A DNA stretch of 64,000 nucleotides, taken from the NCBI GenBank assembly GCA_013387205.1, contig WARV01000008.1, positions 128,136 through 192,135 on the forward strand, given 5' to 3'. This DNA comes from Patescibacteria group bacterium (GTDB lineage Bacteria > Patescibacteriota > Doudnabacteria > UBA920). Each line of letters starts with the position of its first letter. Positions within the stretch are counted from its first letter, which is position 1. A program made the translations under genes and the position numbers. A model generated the notes under the pieces. It had not been told where the DNA came from. It did no database searches and worked only from the letters and a program-made list of their open reading frames with translations. Of the stretch, positions 23,222 through 32,773 are shown in pieces.

Positions 23222-23719
23222 ATGAACCTGATCATTGCGATCGTTTTTTGTTTGTTTTTTTGCAGCCCTTCCCAAGCCAGGGACGGCAACGAGTTAATGC
23301 AGGTACTGACCTCAAAGCTCGATGAAGTTGAGAAGGCGCTGGCCAGCTACAACAAATGCATGCAAGAGACAAATGCGTGCTACGGCATCCCTTCAATGCG
23401 CAAAAATGTGGAATCTTTCCTAACCGAATCGGTTGCCGGCCTTGCGCTGGAACTCCACAATGGATGGGAGGATTTCAACAAGCTAAACCGCTCACAGATT
23501 TCAACTCTAAGGAAAAGAGAGGCGAACATTGAAAACTACTTAAAGACGCTGAGGAAATACAAGAAACAGCTCGATGGCATGCTGAGAAAACAGCGAAAAA
23601 CACCGCCGCGAAGTTTGCGGCGGTTTTCTTATGCCGAACAGCTTAACTCGTTAAACTTTTTTAATATTTTATTGTCTTTTCTAAAGTCTTTAAACTTCTG
23701 CCAATTCTTCCTAATTTGA
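23222..23719 (+). CDS. Hypothetical secreted orphan protein
   Basis: SD GGAGGA, signal-peptide-like start; 3' end runs through a terminator-like hairpin (23597-23628), so true C-terminus is uncertain. Confidence 0.55.
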   Translation: MNLIIAIVFCLFFCSPSQARDGNELMQVLTSKLDEVEKALASYNKCMQETNACYGIPSMRKNVESFLTESVAGLALELHNGWEDFNKLNRSQISTLRKREANIENYLKTLRKYKKQLDGMLRKQRKTPPRSLRRFSYAEQLNSLNFFNILLSFLKSLNFCQFFLI

Positions 23720-23749
23720 CGGCCGTCAAATTAGGAAGAATTGGCAGAA
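23696..23749. repeat. Perfect 54-bp palindrome
   Basis: TTCTGCCAATTCTTCCTAATTTGACGG|CCGTCAAATTAGGAAGAATTGGCAGAA, no loop. Confidence 0.9.
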
Positions 23750-23854
23750 TATTCTTTTTCAGATCTTAGTTAGCATGGTTCATTTTCCGAGAATTGATAT
23801 TGACCGAAAAAATATCTTAATTTATACTGAATTAGTTTTTATGGAGGAATTATC

Positions 23855-24187
23855 ATGATTTCAAAAGAACTGGAGGGGAATTTAATGCCGATTTGCGGTG
23901 GAATTGTAGTCCCGATTTCCGACCATCTCGAAGACAGGCTGCACGAGGCATGCTGGAAATGCCTCAAGCAAAGCAGCGGCAACAACCTTTTACCCCTGGT
24001 AGAATTCTGCAAGGACAACACGAAGCCCTTAAACCCGCAGAGCAGAAAACATCTGATTCAGGAATTAAAAAGAGTTGGATGGCTTAACAGGAAAGGTTTT
24101 CTGTCAAAAATCTCCAGCGATGAAACCTTGCCGCCGCCGTGGAAGAGGCTACCAGACGCTTTTTTTGAAGTCCTTTCGACCTTTTAA
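23855..24187 (+). CDS. Hypothetical orphan protein
   Basis: SD GGAGGA; terminator hairpin CCCCCAGGGAAC-GTTCCCTGGGGG follows. Confidence 0.6.
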   Translation: MISKELEGNLMPICGGIVVPISDHLEDRLHEACWKCLKQSSGNNLLPLVEFCKDNTKPLNPQSRKHLIQELKRVGWLNRKGFLSKISSDETLPPPWKRLPDAFFEVLSTF

Positions 24188-24229
24188 GGTTCAATAAAAC
24201 CCCCAGGGAACGTTCCCTGGGGGTTTGTC

Positions 24230-25621
24230 TTATATATTTATTTTCTTTTTCACCTTCTGCCCTTCGGCCGTATCCATCACCTCGTATCCCAACTCTTCAA
24301 TCCGCTTCCTTAATTCGTCGGATTTGGCAAAATCTTTAGCATCCCTGGCCTGCTGCCTTTGTCCTAGCAAAGCCGATGCTTCTTCTGTGGGAGATGTTTC
24401 TTTAGGAGGATTATCCAAGTTAAACCCTAAAACTTTATCAAATTTTAATATTGAAGCAATTTTAATTTCCTTTGCTATTTTATTGTCATCAACAAGCTTC
24501 CAGACAACTGCCAAAGCTTGGGGAATGTTTAAATCATCATTAATTGCCTCTAAAAATTCTTTTTCGTATTCAGCTGCGCCTTCTTTGCCAGGTTTTACAT
24601 CCCTGATAAAATCAAATAATTTTTCCGAAGTATTATGCGCAAAAAGCATGCCCTCCCAAGTAAAATTTAATTGCGAACGGTAATGCGCGGTCAGGCAGAG
24701 ATAACGATAATCAAGAGGGGAGAACCCTTTGTCTTTTACATCATTCAAAGTAATGAAGGTTCCCGCGCTTTTTGCCATTTTGTTGTCATTAATCTGCAAA
24801 AACCTGCCGTGCATCCATAAATTAGCCAGAGGCACCCCAAAAGCGGCTTCGCTTTGCGCCATTTCATTGGGATGATGGGTGCCAATATGGTCTTCGCCTC
24901 CGGTGTGAATATCGAATGGCTGTCCTAATTCCTGCCTGGAAATTGCGGAGCATTCAATGTGCCACCCTGGGAAACCTTCACCCCATGGCGACGGCCAGTG
25001 TAAAATATGATTTTTATAACGGCCTGCCAAAAAGAACCATAAAGCAAAATCGGCCGGATTCTTTTTCTTTAAATCCACTACAACATCCCCGCGCGCGCCA
25101 GTTTGTTTATCCGACAATTTTTGCCCGGATAATTTTCCGTAATCCGGTAATTTGGAAGTATCAAAGTAAATCGCAGATTCATCACGGTAAGTATAGCCTT
25201 TTTGTTCTAAAATCTTGATAATTTCTATTTGGGAAGGAATAGCTTCTGTTGCCCGAACAACTTTACCAGGCATCTCGATATTTAAATCTTTTAAATCCGA
25301 GAAAAATCTCTGCTCATAGAATTTTGCAATTTCCAGAGGGGATTTGCCTTCGCGCCTGGCGCCAACGTCTATTTTATCTTCACCTTCGTCGCCATCGCCG
25401 ACCAAATGGCCGACATCTGTCACGTTCATGACATGCTTTACCTGATAGCCGTTGTATTCCAAAACGCGGCGCAGTAAATCTTCAAAAATATAGGTGCGCA
25501 AATTCCCGATATGGGCAAAATTATAAACCGTGGGGCCGCAAGTGTAGAGCCGGACTTGAGTTTTATCAATCGGCTTAAAATCCTCAAGTTGTCTTGATAA
25601 CGTATTATAAAATTTAATCAT
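24230..25621 (-). CDS. cysS: Cysteine--tRNA ligase
   Basis: YTCGPTVY, HIGN, PGWHIECSA, KMAKS (KMSKS motif). Confidence 0.97.
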   Translation of the reverse strand: MIKFYNTLSRQLEDFKPIDKTQVRLYTCGPTVYNFAHIGNLRTYIFEDLLRRVLEYNGYQVKHVMNVTDVGHLVGDGDEGEDKIDVGARREGKSPLEIAKFYEQRFFSDLKDLNIEMPGKVVRATEAIPSQIEIIKILEQKGYTYRDESAIYFDTSKLPDYGKLSGQKLSDKQTGARGDVVVDLKKKNPADFALWFFLAGRYKNHILHWPSPWGEGFPGWHIECSAISRQELGQPFDIHTGGEDHIGTHHPNEMAQSEAAFGVPLANLWMHGRFLQINDNKMAKSAGTFITLNDVKDKGFSPLDYRYLCLTAHYRSQLNFTWEGMLFAHNTSEKLFDFIRDVKPGKEGAAEYEKEFLEAINDDLNIPQALAVVWKLVDDNKIAKEIKIASILKFDKVLGFNLDNPPKETSPTEEASALLGQRQQARDAKDFAKSDELRKRIEELGYEVMDTAEGQKVKKKINI

Positions 25622-25680
25622 ATAATCATTTTATCAGATGGCACAAAAAAAGTCATTCGGATATCCGAATGACTAAAAAC

Positions 25681-27399
25681 TTAACCTACTTTATGGCCCA
25701 AAACATGCAAATGGCGCTCTTTGAGTTTTTTAAGGCCCTTGTAACCCTGGCCGTCTTCCAAAATCTTCGCCAGATGCAGCCCGCCCATGAAGTGCGGGGA
25801 GATGACGTAATCTATATTCTGCTCATACAAATATTTAATTTCCGCTTCATCCTGGGCAATAAAAATAAGTTTAGGCCGGGATCTTTTAAGTCCGGTTTTC
25901 CTTTTAACAGTGTCGAGCAAAGACAAGTTGTCGTTCAAGTCGGGAACGGTGGAGATAATTAGCTTGGCATAGGGCAGATTAATCTGTTCTTGGATATACG
26001 GGTCAGTAATGTCCCCGCAAACTGCCAGAGTGCCGTTTTCCACAAGCAACTCAACGATTTCCGGATTAAAATCCACGACCACAAAAGTTTTTTTCTGTTT
26101 GCTTAAAGAATCTATTAAGTGCTTGCCCATCCGATGCGCGCCGACTAATATAACATGATCCTTAAGCTCAACCGTGTGCAGATTTTTTTCCGCTGAGCCT
26201 TTGAAGAAATCAAAATATTTTAAAAAGAACTTTAATTTTTCGTAAATATTCTGGGCATACAAAATCATGTATGAAGAAATGGTGATTGTTAAAATGCCGA
26301 TTAAAGTAACCAGGCCTACTTCTGTCTGGCTTAAAATGCCAATCTTCTGTCCAAGCGCGACTAAAATTAGGCTAAACTCGGAAATTTGCGCCACTGTCAC
26401 GCCTGCCAAAAAACCCGTCCTGGGCTTGTAGCCCTGCAGCGCCAAAAGCAGCAATACAATTAATGGGTTGCCGATAAGCACGAACAAAGAAAGGACAATT
26501 GCCGGCCAGGTCATGCTGGCCATATCTTTAAAGACTAACTGCGAACCTAAGACAATGAAAAACAGGATAATGAAAAAGTCGCGTAAAGATTTTATCCTGG
26601 CGCTTATTTCGTAATGCATGGCGCTACGGGCCAAGGCAATGCCTGCCAAAAACCCTCCTATCTCCAGGCTAAAACCAATAAACGGCTGGGAGACAAAAGC
26701 CGCAAGCCCCAAAGCCCAAGAAAGAGCAAAAACCAAAAGCAGCTCGTCATTTTTGCCAATGTAGCCCATAATTTTTGGGAAAAATTTTGTAGACACCCAG
26801 AAAACCAAAAGGGCTAAAATAAGGCCGCGGACAATTGTTAAAATAATATTTTGCCAAGCCGGTAAGCTGGAATACAAACTGAAAGTTTGCCCGGAAGTGC
26901 TGGATAGGGAAATCAGCATTAAAATTGCAATAAAATCCTGGATTAAAAATATCCCAACCACGATTTTCCCGTAAAGGCTCTGCATGTCTTTCTTTTCTGT
27001 GAGCAGCTTAACCACGATTATGGTGGAAGAAAAAGTCAAAGCAGGAGCGATAAACAAAGAAACAGCATTGGAAAAACCTAAAAGCTTCAAAATAAAAAAT
27101 CCGATTGATGTAGTAATCACCACCTGGCCAAGTCCGGTAATTAGCGCGGTTTTCCCGAGGCGCTTGATTTGGGAAATATCCAATTCCAAACCAACCATAA
27201 ACAACAGCAGAGTTATTCCAATTTGCGCTAAAGCGTCAAAGACTTCGGACTGGCGAAGCTGGTAATACCCAAGCGGACCAATAACAAGGCCGGTAATGAT
27301 GTAAGCAATAATGCTGGGCTGCTTGAAAAAACTGACAACGACAGCTATAAGCCCTGCCAGGATCAATAAAATTGTCAATTCAAAAAATATATTGTTCAC
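25681..27399 (-). CDS. CPA2 cation:proton antiporter with C-terminal RCK/TrkA-N domain (KefB/KefC-like)
   Basis: LLFMVGLE, FSSTIIVVKLL, QDFIAI, QISEFS; VILVGAHRMG Rossmann fold. Confidence 0.9.
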   Translation of the reverse strand: MNNIFFELTILLILAGLIAVVVSFFKQPSIIAYIITGLVIGPLGYYQLRQSEVFDALAQIGITLLLFMVGLELDISQIKRLGKTALITGLGQVVITTSIGFFILKLLGFSNAVSLFIAPALTFSSTIIVVKLLTEKKDMQSLYGKIVVGIFLIQDFIAILMLISLSSTSGQTFSLYSSLPAWQNIILTIVRGLILALLVFWVSTKFFPKIMGYIGKNDELLLVFALSWALGLAAFVSQPFIGFSLEIGGFLAGIALARSAMHYEISARIKSLRDFFIILFFIVLGSQLVFKDMASMTWPAIVLSLFVLIGNPLIVLLLLALQGYKPRTGFLAGVTVAQISEFSLILVALGQKIGILSQTEVGLVTLIGILTITISSYMILYAQNIYEKLKFFLKYFDFFKGSAEKNLHTVELKDHVILVGAHRMGKHLIDSLSKQKKTFVVVDFNPEIVELLVENGTLAVCGDITDPYIQEQINLPYAKLIISTVPDLNDNLSLLDTVKRKTGLKRSRPKLIFIAQDEAEIKYLYEQNIDYVISPHFMGGLHLAKILEDGQGYKGLKKLKERHLHVLGHKVG

Positions 27400-27615
27400 T
27401 TTGTTTCAGTTCCGTTTTTGATTTATGTTATTATAACATGCTTTGTTGCAAAAAACAAAAAAATAAGTTAAAATATAGGAAATTAGTATTGTCATTGCGA
27501 GAAGCCCGCAGGGCGACGTGGCAATCTAATCCTAAATCGAGATCCTTCGGATGCACTCAGGATGACGCCTGTGGCGCCAGATCAGATGCATTCGCCCGCA
27601 ATGACATCAAAAATT

Positions 27616-28188
27616 ATGAACCTAAATACCATCTTCTTCATTGGCCCGCAAGGAAGCGGCAAAGGCACTCAGGCTAAAATACTGGCAAAAAGGCTGGATT
27701 TTTTTTATTGGGAAATGGGCGGTATTTTCCGCGGAATGGCCAATGAAACATCCGAATTTGCCAAAAAAGTTACTAGCATGATTAACCAGGGAATTTTGCT
27801 TCCGGATGATATTTTATTGGAGGTAGTAAAATCCAAATTGAACGAAATGCGGGCTGACAAAGGAGTGATTTTTGACGGCATTCCCAGAAGAATCGGCCAG
27901 GCGGAGTTTTTACTCCAGGCCCTAAAAGACCAGGGCAGAACCGTCTTTACCACCCTGTTTATCGATATTCCCAAAGAAGAAACTTTGTCCAGGCTGCTTA
28001 AACGGGCAGAAATAGAAAAGCGGGCTGATGACACCAAGGAAAAAATTGAATTTCGATTGGAGCAATATTATAAAGATACTGTGCCGGTATTAGATTTCCT
28101 GAAAGCCAACTCAGAATTTTTTACGATTGACGGCACACCGGCAATTGATGAAGTTACAAAAAAAATTGACAAAACATTAGGATTATAG
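27616..28188 (+). CDS. adk: Adenylate kinase family protein (short LID)
   Basis: GPQGSGKGTQA P-loop, FDGIPRRIGQA, RADD, RLEQY. Confidence 0.85.
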   Translation: MNLNTIFFIGPQGSGKGTQAKILAKRLDFFYWEMGGIFRGMANETSEFAKKVTSMINQGILLPDDILLEVVKSKLNEMRADKGVIFDGIPRRIGQAEFLLQALKDQGRTVFTTLFIDIPKEETLSRLLKRAEIEKRADDTKEKIEFRLEQYYKDTVPVLDFLKANSEFFTIDGTPAIDEVTKKIDKTLGL

Positions 28189-28191
28189 CCA

Positions 28192-28803
28192 ATGAAAAAA
28201 GATCAACCTTTAAACATAATACTTCTTGGTGACCCAGCTGCGGGCAAAGCAACGCACGCGGTTTATCTTTGCAAAAAATATAACATGTTCGATTTAGACA
28301 TGGGCAAAGAATTGCGCCAAATGAAAGCACGCGATAAGAAATTCGCGGACAAAATCAAGCACACTGAGGGTAAAGGCAATTTAACGCAAACAAACATTGT
28401 CAGGGATATCTTAAAACAAAAAATCTTTAGTATACCTAAAAGCAAAGGTATTTTATTTGACGGTACACCCAAAATGATCGGCGAGGCAAAGATGGTTGCC
28501 AAATGGCTAAAACAAGAAGGGAGAGCAAAGCCTTTGGTCATTTATATGTCAATTCCTATGAAAGAAACCGTCAGAAGAATGACTGATAGAAAAGAAGATT
28601 TTGCCGGAAAATTTGGCAAACGCGACGACGACAACAGCGCGGCATTAGAGCGCAGAGTCAAATACTATCGGACAAATATCACAGAAGTAGTTAAATATTT
28701 CGGCTCAATTTACAAATTCAAAAAAATCTCCAGCAACGCCCCAGTACCAAAAGTAAGGAAGGTATTGGTTGGGATGATTGATGAGTATAAAAAGACATTA
28801 TAA
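28192..28803 (+). CDS. Second, divergent adenylate-kinase-family NMP kinase
   Basis: GDPAAGKATHA P-loop, FDGTPK, RDDD. Confidence 0.82.
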   Translation: MKKDQPLNIILLGDPAAGKATHAVYLCKKYNMFDLDMGKELRQMKARDKKFADKIKHTEGKGNLTQTNIVRDILKQKIFSIPKSKGILFDGTPKMIGEAKMVAKWLKQEGRAKPLVIYMSIPMKETVRRMTDRKEDFAGKFGKRDDDNSAALERRVKYYRTNITEVVKYFGSIYKFKKISSNAPVPKVRKVLVGMIDEYKKTL

Positions 28804-28934
28804 CTCGATCCGAATACAACGAATTAATCCGAATCTACGAATACACTACAAATACAGTATTCGTGGTTCATTCGGATAATTCGGATGTCCCAAAGGGACC
28901 CCTTCGGGGTATTCGTAGATTAGGATCGCTATTT

Positions 28935-29696
28935 ATGAACAAAGGCCTTATTAAAACCCAAGAAGAGATTGGTAAAATTGCCGAGGGCGGAAAAATCCTC
29001 GGCGAAATTTTGACGCGTACGGCAAATAAGGCAAAGGCTGGTGTGTCCACAGAAGAGCTTGATGAATACGTGGACAGCGAAATTGTTAAAGCAGGCGGAA
29101 CTCCAAGCTTTAAAGGCTACGGTTCGAAAAAAAATCCATTTCCTGCGGCTTTGTGCGCTTCGGTGAATTCCGTGGTTGTCCATGGTATTCCAAGCAAAGA
29201 CGTTATACTGAAAAATGGAGATATTTTAAGCCTTGATGTCGGAATGGAATACAAAGGATTTTACACGGATACTGCGGTTACAATTTCAATCGGCACGGTT
29301 AGCGAAGAAGCAAAAAAAATTACTGATGTCACAAAAAGATGCTTAAATAACGCTATTAGGATAGCAAGACCGGGCAATACCATTGGAGATATTAGCAATG
29401 CAATTCAAAAAACAGCGGAAGCGGAAGGTTTCAACGTGGTGCGCGACTTAGTTGGCCATGGGGTAGGATACGGAGTTCACGAAGACCCTGCCATACCATG
29501 CTATGGCAAAGCAGGATCTGGGATGAAACTAAAAGAAGGGATGGTACTAGCCATTGAGCCCATGGTCGTGGCAGGCGAATATTTTTTGGAATACCTACCG
29601 GACGGCTGGACCATTGCCACCAAAGACGGAAAACTTTCAGCCCACTTCGAGCACACCATAGCAATAACGAAATTTGGAAACAAAATACTGACTTAA
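28935..29696 (+). CDS. map: Type I methionine aminopeptidase
   Basis: SVNSVVVHGIP, DVG, DTA, GHGVG, HEDP, AIEPM, SAHFEHT. Confidence 0.97.
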   Translation: MNKGLIKTQEEIGKIAEGGKILGEILTRTANKAKAGVSTEELDEYVDSEIVKAGGTPSFKGYGSKKNPFPAALCASVNSVVVHGIPSKDVILKNGDILSLDVGMEYKGFYTDTAVTISIGTVSEEAKKITDVTKRCLNNAIRIARPGNTIGDISNAIQKTAEAEGFNVVRDLVGHGVGYGVHEDPAIPCYGKAGSGMKLKEGMVLAIEPMVVAGEYFLEYLPDGWTIATKDGKLSAHFEHTIAITKFGNKILT

Positions 29697-29852
29697 AAAA
29701 CATCCCCGTAATTACGGGGATGTTTTTTGACAACAAGACGAATGGCTCAACCGTGGCTTGAGCCATTTAAATACCTGATTTTATTGGTTATTTTAACATG
29801 TAGAAGGGCGGATACTATCCGCCCCTACAAACTACCCACTATAAACTAGCTG

Positions 29853-31658
29853 CTATTTTTTCTTCTCAATTTCACTCTCCAATTTTTCCACCAACTTCTT
29901 TACTGCCATCACGCCCAAATCTTTCCCTTCCCGGGTGCGCAGTGATAATTTCTTGGACTTAACTTCCTTTTCGCCCAAAATAATCTGGTAAGGGATTTTT
30001 TGCATGGTGGCTTCGCGGATTTTTTTGCCCACAGATTCATCCCTGTCATCAAGTTCAACTCTTAAGTTCGGCAATTCTTCTTTTAGCTTTTTGATCAAGT
30101 CTTTCGCGTATTTGTTCTGCTTCTTGGAAATCGGCAAAACCGCAACCTGGACAGGGGACAGCCATAAAGGAAATGCCCCGGAAAAATGTTCGATAAGAAT
30201 TCCAATAAACCTTTCCAGCGAGCCATAAATCACGCGATGGATGACAACCGGGGTTTTCCTTGCCCCGTCTTTATCGATATATTCCAAACCAAACCTTCTT
30301 GGCTGTTGGAAGTCTAATTGGATTGTACCCATTTGCCACTGCCGGCCTAAGGCATCTTTCATTAAAATGTCGATTTTGGGTCCGTAAAAAGCGCCGTCTC
30401 CTTCTTCAATGAAATAATCCCTGCCGCTTTTTTGCAAAATGCGCTTAAGTGCGGCTTCGGCGCGATTCCAAGTTTCCACATCGCCGATAAAGCTATCCGG
30501 CCTGGTGCCAAGTCGATAGCGGTAATCCAGCTTGAATATGCCGTAGAATTTTTTCGTGATTTTAAATATTTCTTCGTATTCCGATTCAATCTGGTCTTCA
30601 GTCACGTAATTATGGGAGTCATCCTGCCTGAAACTCCTGACGCGGAGCAAACCGTTTAGCGTGCCTGCAAGTTCGTATCTGTGAAGGATATCAGTGTCAG
30701 ATAACCTTAAAGGCAGGTCGCGGTAACTGCGCATTTTAGACCCGAACACCAGCATGGCATTAGGGCAGTTCATGGCCTTAACGCCGTAAACCTCGTTTTC
30801 TCCCATATCACAAATGAACATGTTTTCCTTGTAATGATCCCAATGCCCGGAAGTCTCCCACAATTCTTTTTTGTTGATGAGCGGAGAGGAAATCTCGTGG
30901 TATCCGCGCTCTGCATGCTCCTTACGCCAAAATTCAATAAGTTCGTTTAATACCACCATGCCTTTTGGCAGCCAATACGGCATACCGGGAGAAGTTGGAT
31001 GGAACATGAACAAATCAAGCTGCGGCCCGAGTTTCTTATGGTCGCGCTTTTCCACTTCCTTCAAAAATTCCAAATACTTTTCCAATTCTTGCTTGGTTTC
31101 AAAAGCCAAGCCGTAAATTCTCTGCATCTGCGGATTTTTCTGGTCGCCGCGCCAGTATGCACCCGAGACTTTGTCGAGTTTAAATGCATCGGAGCGGATT
31201 TCCGAGCTATTTTTCACATGCGGTCCTTTGCATAAGTCTACGAACTTACCGCTTCTGTAAATTGATATTGTCGTAGAATTGGGGTCTATATCTGTTGTTA
31301 CTGTTTCGTCCTTAGCTGCCAGTTCTTTTGCGCTAGTCGTGCCATGCTGTTTTAAATTATTTATGAGTTCGACTTTAAAATCCTGGTGCATGTCGGAAAA
31401 CATTTTTATAGCCTGTTCGTTATCAAGCTCCGTCCTGGTGAAATCCATTTTTTCATTGACTAATGCCCTCATCCTTTTTTCAAGTTTAGATAAATCTTCC
31501 GGAGTCAGGGGGCGGGGGAGAAGAAAATCGTAATAGAATCCGTTTTCAATAACCGGGCCGACGCCGAGCTTTGCTTTGGGAAACATCTCCAAAACTGCTG
31601 ATGCTAAGATGTGGGCTAGTGAATGGCGGAGATTATATAAGTGATCCTGTTTGTTCAT
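29853..31658 (-). CDS. thrS: Threonine--tRNA ligase (no N-terminal TGS domain)
   Basis: RHSLAH, DLCKGPH, RDHKKLG, MNCP, GAFYGPKID, IHRVIYGSLERFIG. Confidence 0.98.
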   Translation of the reverse strand: MNKQDHLYNLRHSLAHILASAVLEMFPKAKLGVGPVIENGFYYDFLLPRPLTPEDLSKLEKRMRALVNEKMDFTRTELDNEQAIKMFSDMHQDFKVELINNLKQHGTTSAKELAAKDETVTTDIDPNSTTISIYRSGKFVDLCKGPHVKNSSEIRSDAFKLDKVSGAYWRGDQKNPQMQRIYGLAFETKQELEKYLEFLKEVEKRDHKKLGPQLDLFMFHPTSPGMPYWLPKGMVVLNELIEFWRKEHAERGYHEISSPLINKKELWETSGHWDHYKENMFICDMGENEVYGVKAMNCPNAMLVFGSKMRSYRDLPLRLSDTDILHRYELAGTLNGLLRVRSFRQDDSHNYVTEDQIESEYEEIFKITKKFYGIFKLDYRYRLGTRPDSFIGDVETWNRAEAALKRILQKSGRDYFIEEGDGAFYGPKIDILMKDALGRQWQMGTIQLDFQQPRRFGLEYIDKDGARKTPVVIHRVIYGSLERFIGILIEHFSGAFPLWLSPVQVAVLPISKKQNKYAKDLIKKLKEELPNLRVELDDRDESVGKKIREATMQKIPYQIILGEKEVKSKKLSLRTREGKDLGVMAVKKLVEKLESEIEKKK

Positions 31659-31701
31659 AAATTTTTCTACTAAATACTAATATTTACTAATAATACTAAA
31701 C

Positions 31702-32097
31702 TTAATTTTGTAAATTAATTATCCTTTTATATTTGACTCCTGTTTTTGTAAAATTAGCCAAAATACCTAATTTAATTTTTGCAGTTTTAATATAGTCGTT
31801 AACTTGCTTTATGTTTTTTAACCCAAAATTTTCATTTTTCTTAATCTCTAGTATTATCTTTGCGTCATTAATATCTATCAAAAAGTCAATATAGTATATT
31901 CCGATATATTTGCCTAAATAATATAGTTTTATCGGATATTGCTCAATAAAATTGATACCTGCAAATTTTAATGCCAATGAAACCGCTTTTTGGTAATGCC
32001 TTTCCAGTAATTCTCCACCCAATTCCTTAAAAACTTGATATAAAATCCCAATTATTTTATAGCACTCGTCTTTATAAATAAGATCTTTACGGTGCAT
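31702..32097 (-). CDS. GxxExxY protein (PD-(D/E)xK nuclease-like)
   Basis: ELGGELLERHYQKA, IDFLI, ILEIK, QVNDYI, GILANF; flanked by a 34-bp inverted repeat (31667-31700 / 32103-32136). Confidence 0.9.
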   Translation of the reverse strand: MHRKDLIYKDECYKIIGILYQVFKELGGELLERHYQKAVSLALKFAGINFIEQYPIKLYYLGKYIGIYYIDFLIDINDAKIILEIKKNENFGLKNIKQVNDYIKTAKIKLGILANFTKTGVKYKRIINLQN

Positions 32098-32140
32098 TTA
32101 TTTTTAGTACTTTTAGTAAATTTTAGTATTTAGTAGTAAA

Positions 32141-32648
32141 CAAAAATACAAAACCCCAGAATTCAACCGCCGATGAAATCAGCGACTAAATTCTGGGGTC
32201 CTGGCGAACATTTCGCTTGTTAAAGCAAAAAATTCGAAGCCAAGACGTTTCCGTCCCAGACTCCCCGCCCTTCAGATTGCATTCAAAGACTAAACTTTAA
32301 TCTCTTTCTCAGCTGGCTCCATGAACTACCGTATTGTTTCAGCTTTCTTTCCCGAATCTTTGCGTCTCGGGATTCAGCAAATGCCTCGTAATACACTAAT
32401 CGATAGGGAGCATATGCTTTGGTAGATTGGACTTTGAATGCATTATGTTCAGAAAATCTTTGTTTAAGATCGGTTGATTCACCGATATACGTATAGTCTT
32501 CTTTTAGACTTTTGATTACGTAAACATAATGCATATGCAATCTGAAGAGCGGGGCTTTTTATCCGGTATTCCTCTAGAAAATACCAGACTATTTCTTTAT
32601 TTGTTTCAAACTCCCCGGTTGGTAGCCGGATCAAAGCTTGAAGAACTG
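32141..32648 (-). promoter_or_regulatory. Atypical T-box-like riboswitch upstream of thrS, interrupted by a GIY-YIG ORF
   Basis: Promoter TTGAAC-16-TATAAT with TG extension (32681-32654); stem I with loop CU-ACC-AA; antiterminator UCUGGG-[ACGGAAAC]-GUCUUGGC pairing with GCCAGGAC-CCCAGA, which overlaps terminator hairpin 32152-32200 plus U tract. Confidence 0.72.
32283..32534 (-). CDS. Small GIY-YIG nuclease family protein
   Basis: YVYVIKS...YIGESTDLKQRFSEHN, LVYYEAF, A..RE..LK. Confidence 0.92.
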   Translation of the reverse strand: MHYVYVIKSLKEDYTYIGESTDLKQRFSEHNAFKVQSTKAYAPYRLVYYEAFAESRDAKIRERKLKQYGSSWSQLRKRLKFSL

Positions 32649-32738
32649 AAATTATTATAACACAATTTTAAGATAGTTCAATATCAGTTTTCCACAATAG
32701 ATTTTTGGCTTAAATAAGCCAATAATAACCATATACTA

Positions 32739-32767
32739 TTGACATAATTGCCTAAATAGCCTATAAT
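32739..32767 (+). promoter_or_regulatory. Perfect-consensus sigma70 promoter
   Basis: TTGACA-17 bp-TATAAT. Confidence 0.85.
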
Positions 32768-32773
32768 TACGCC

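Noticed and set aside
25622-25680. T-box leaders for cysS, lysS or serS
   Set aside because: Their upstream regions are short or hold only simple hairpins, with no specifier or antiterminator pattern.
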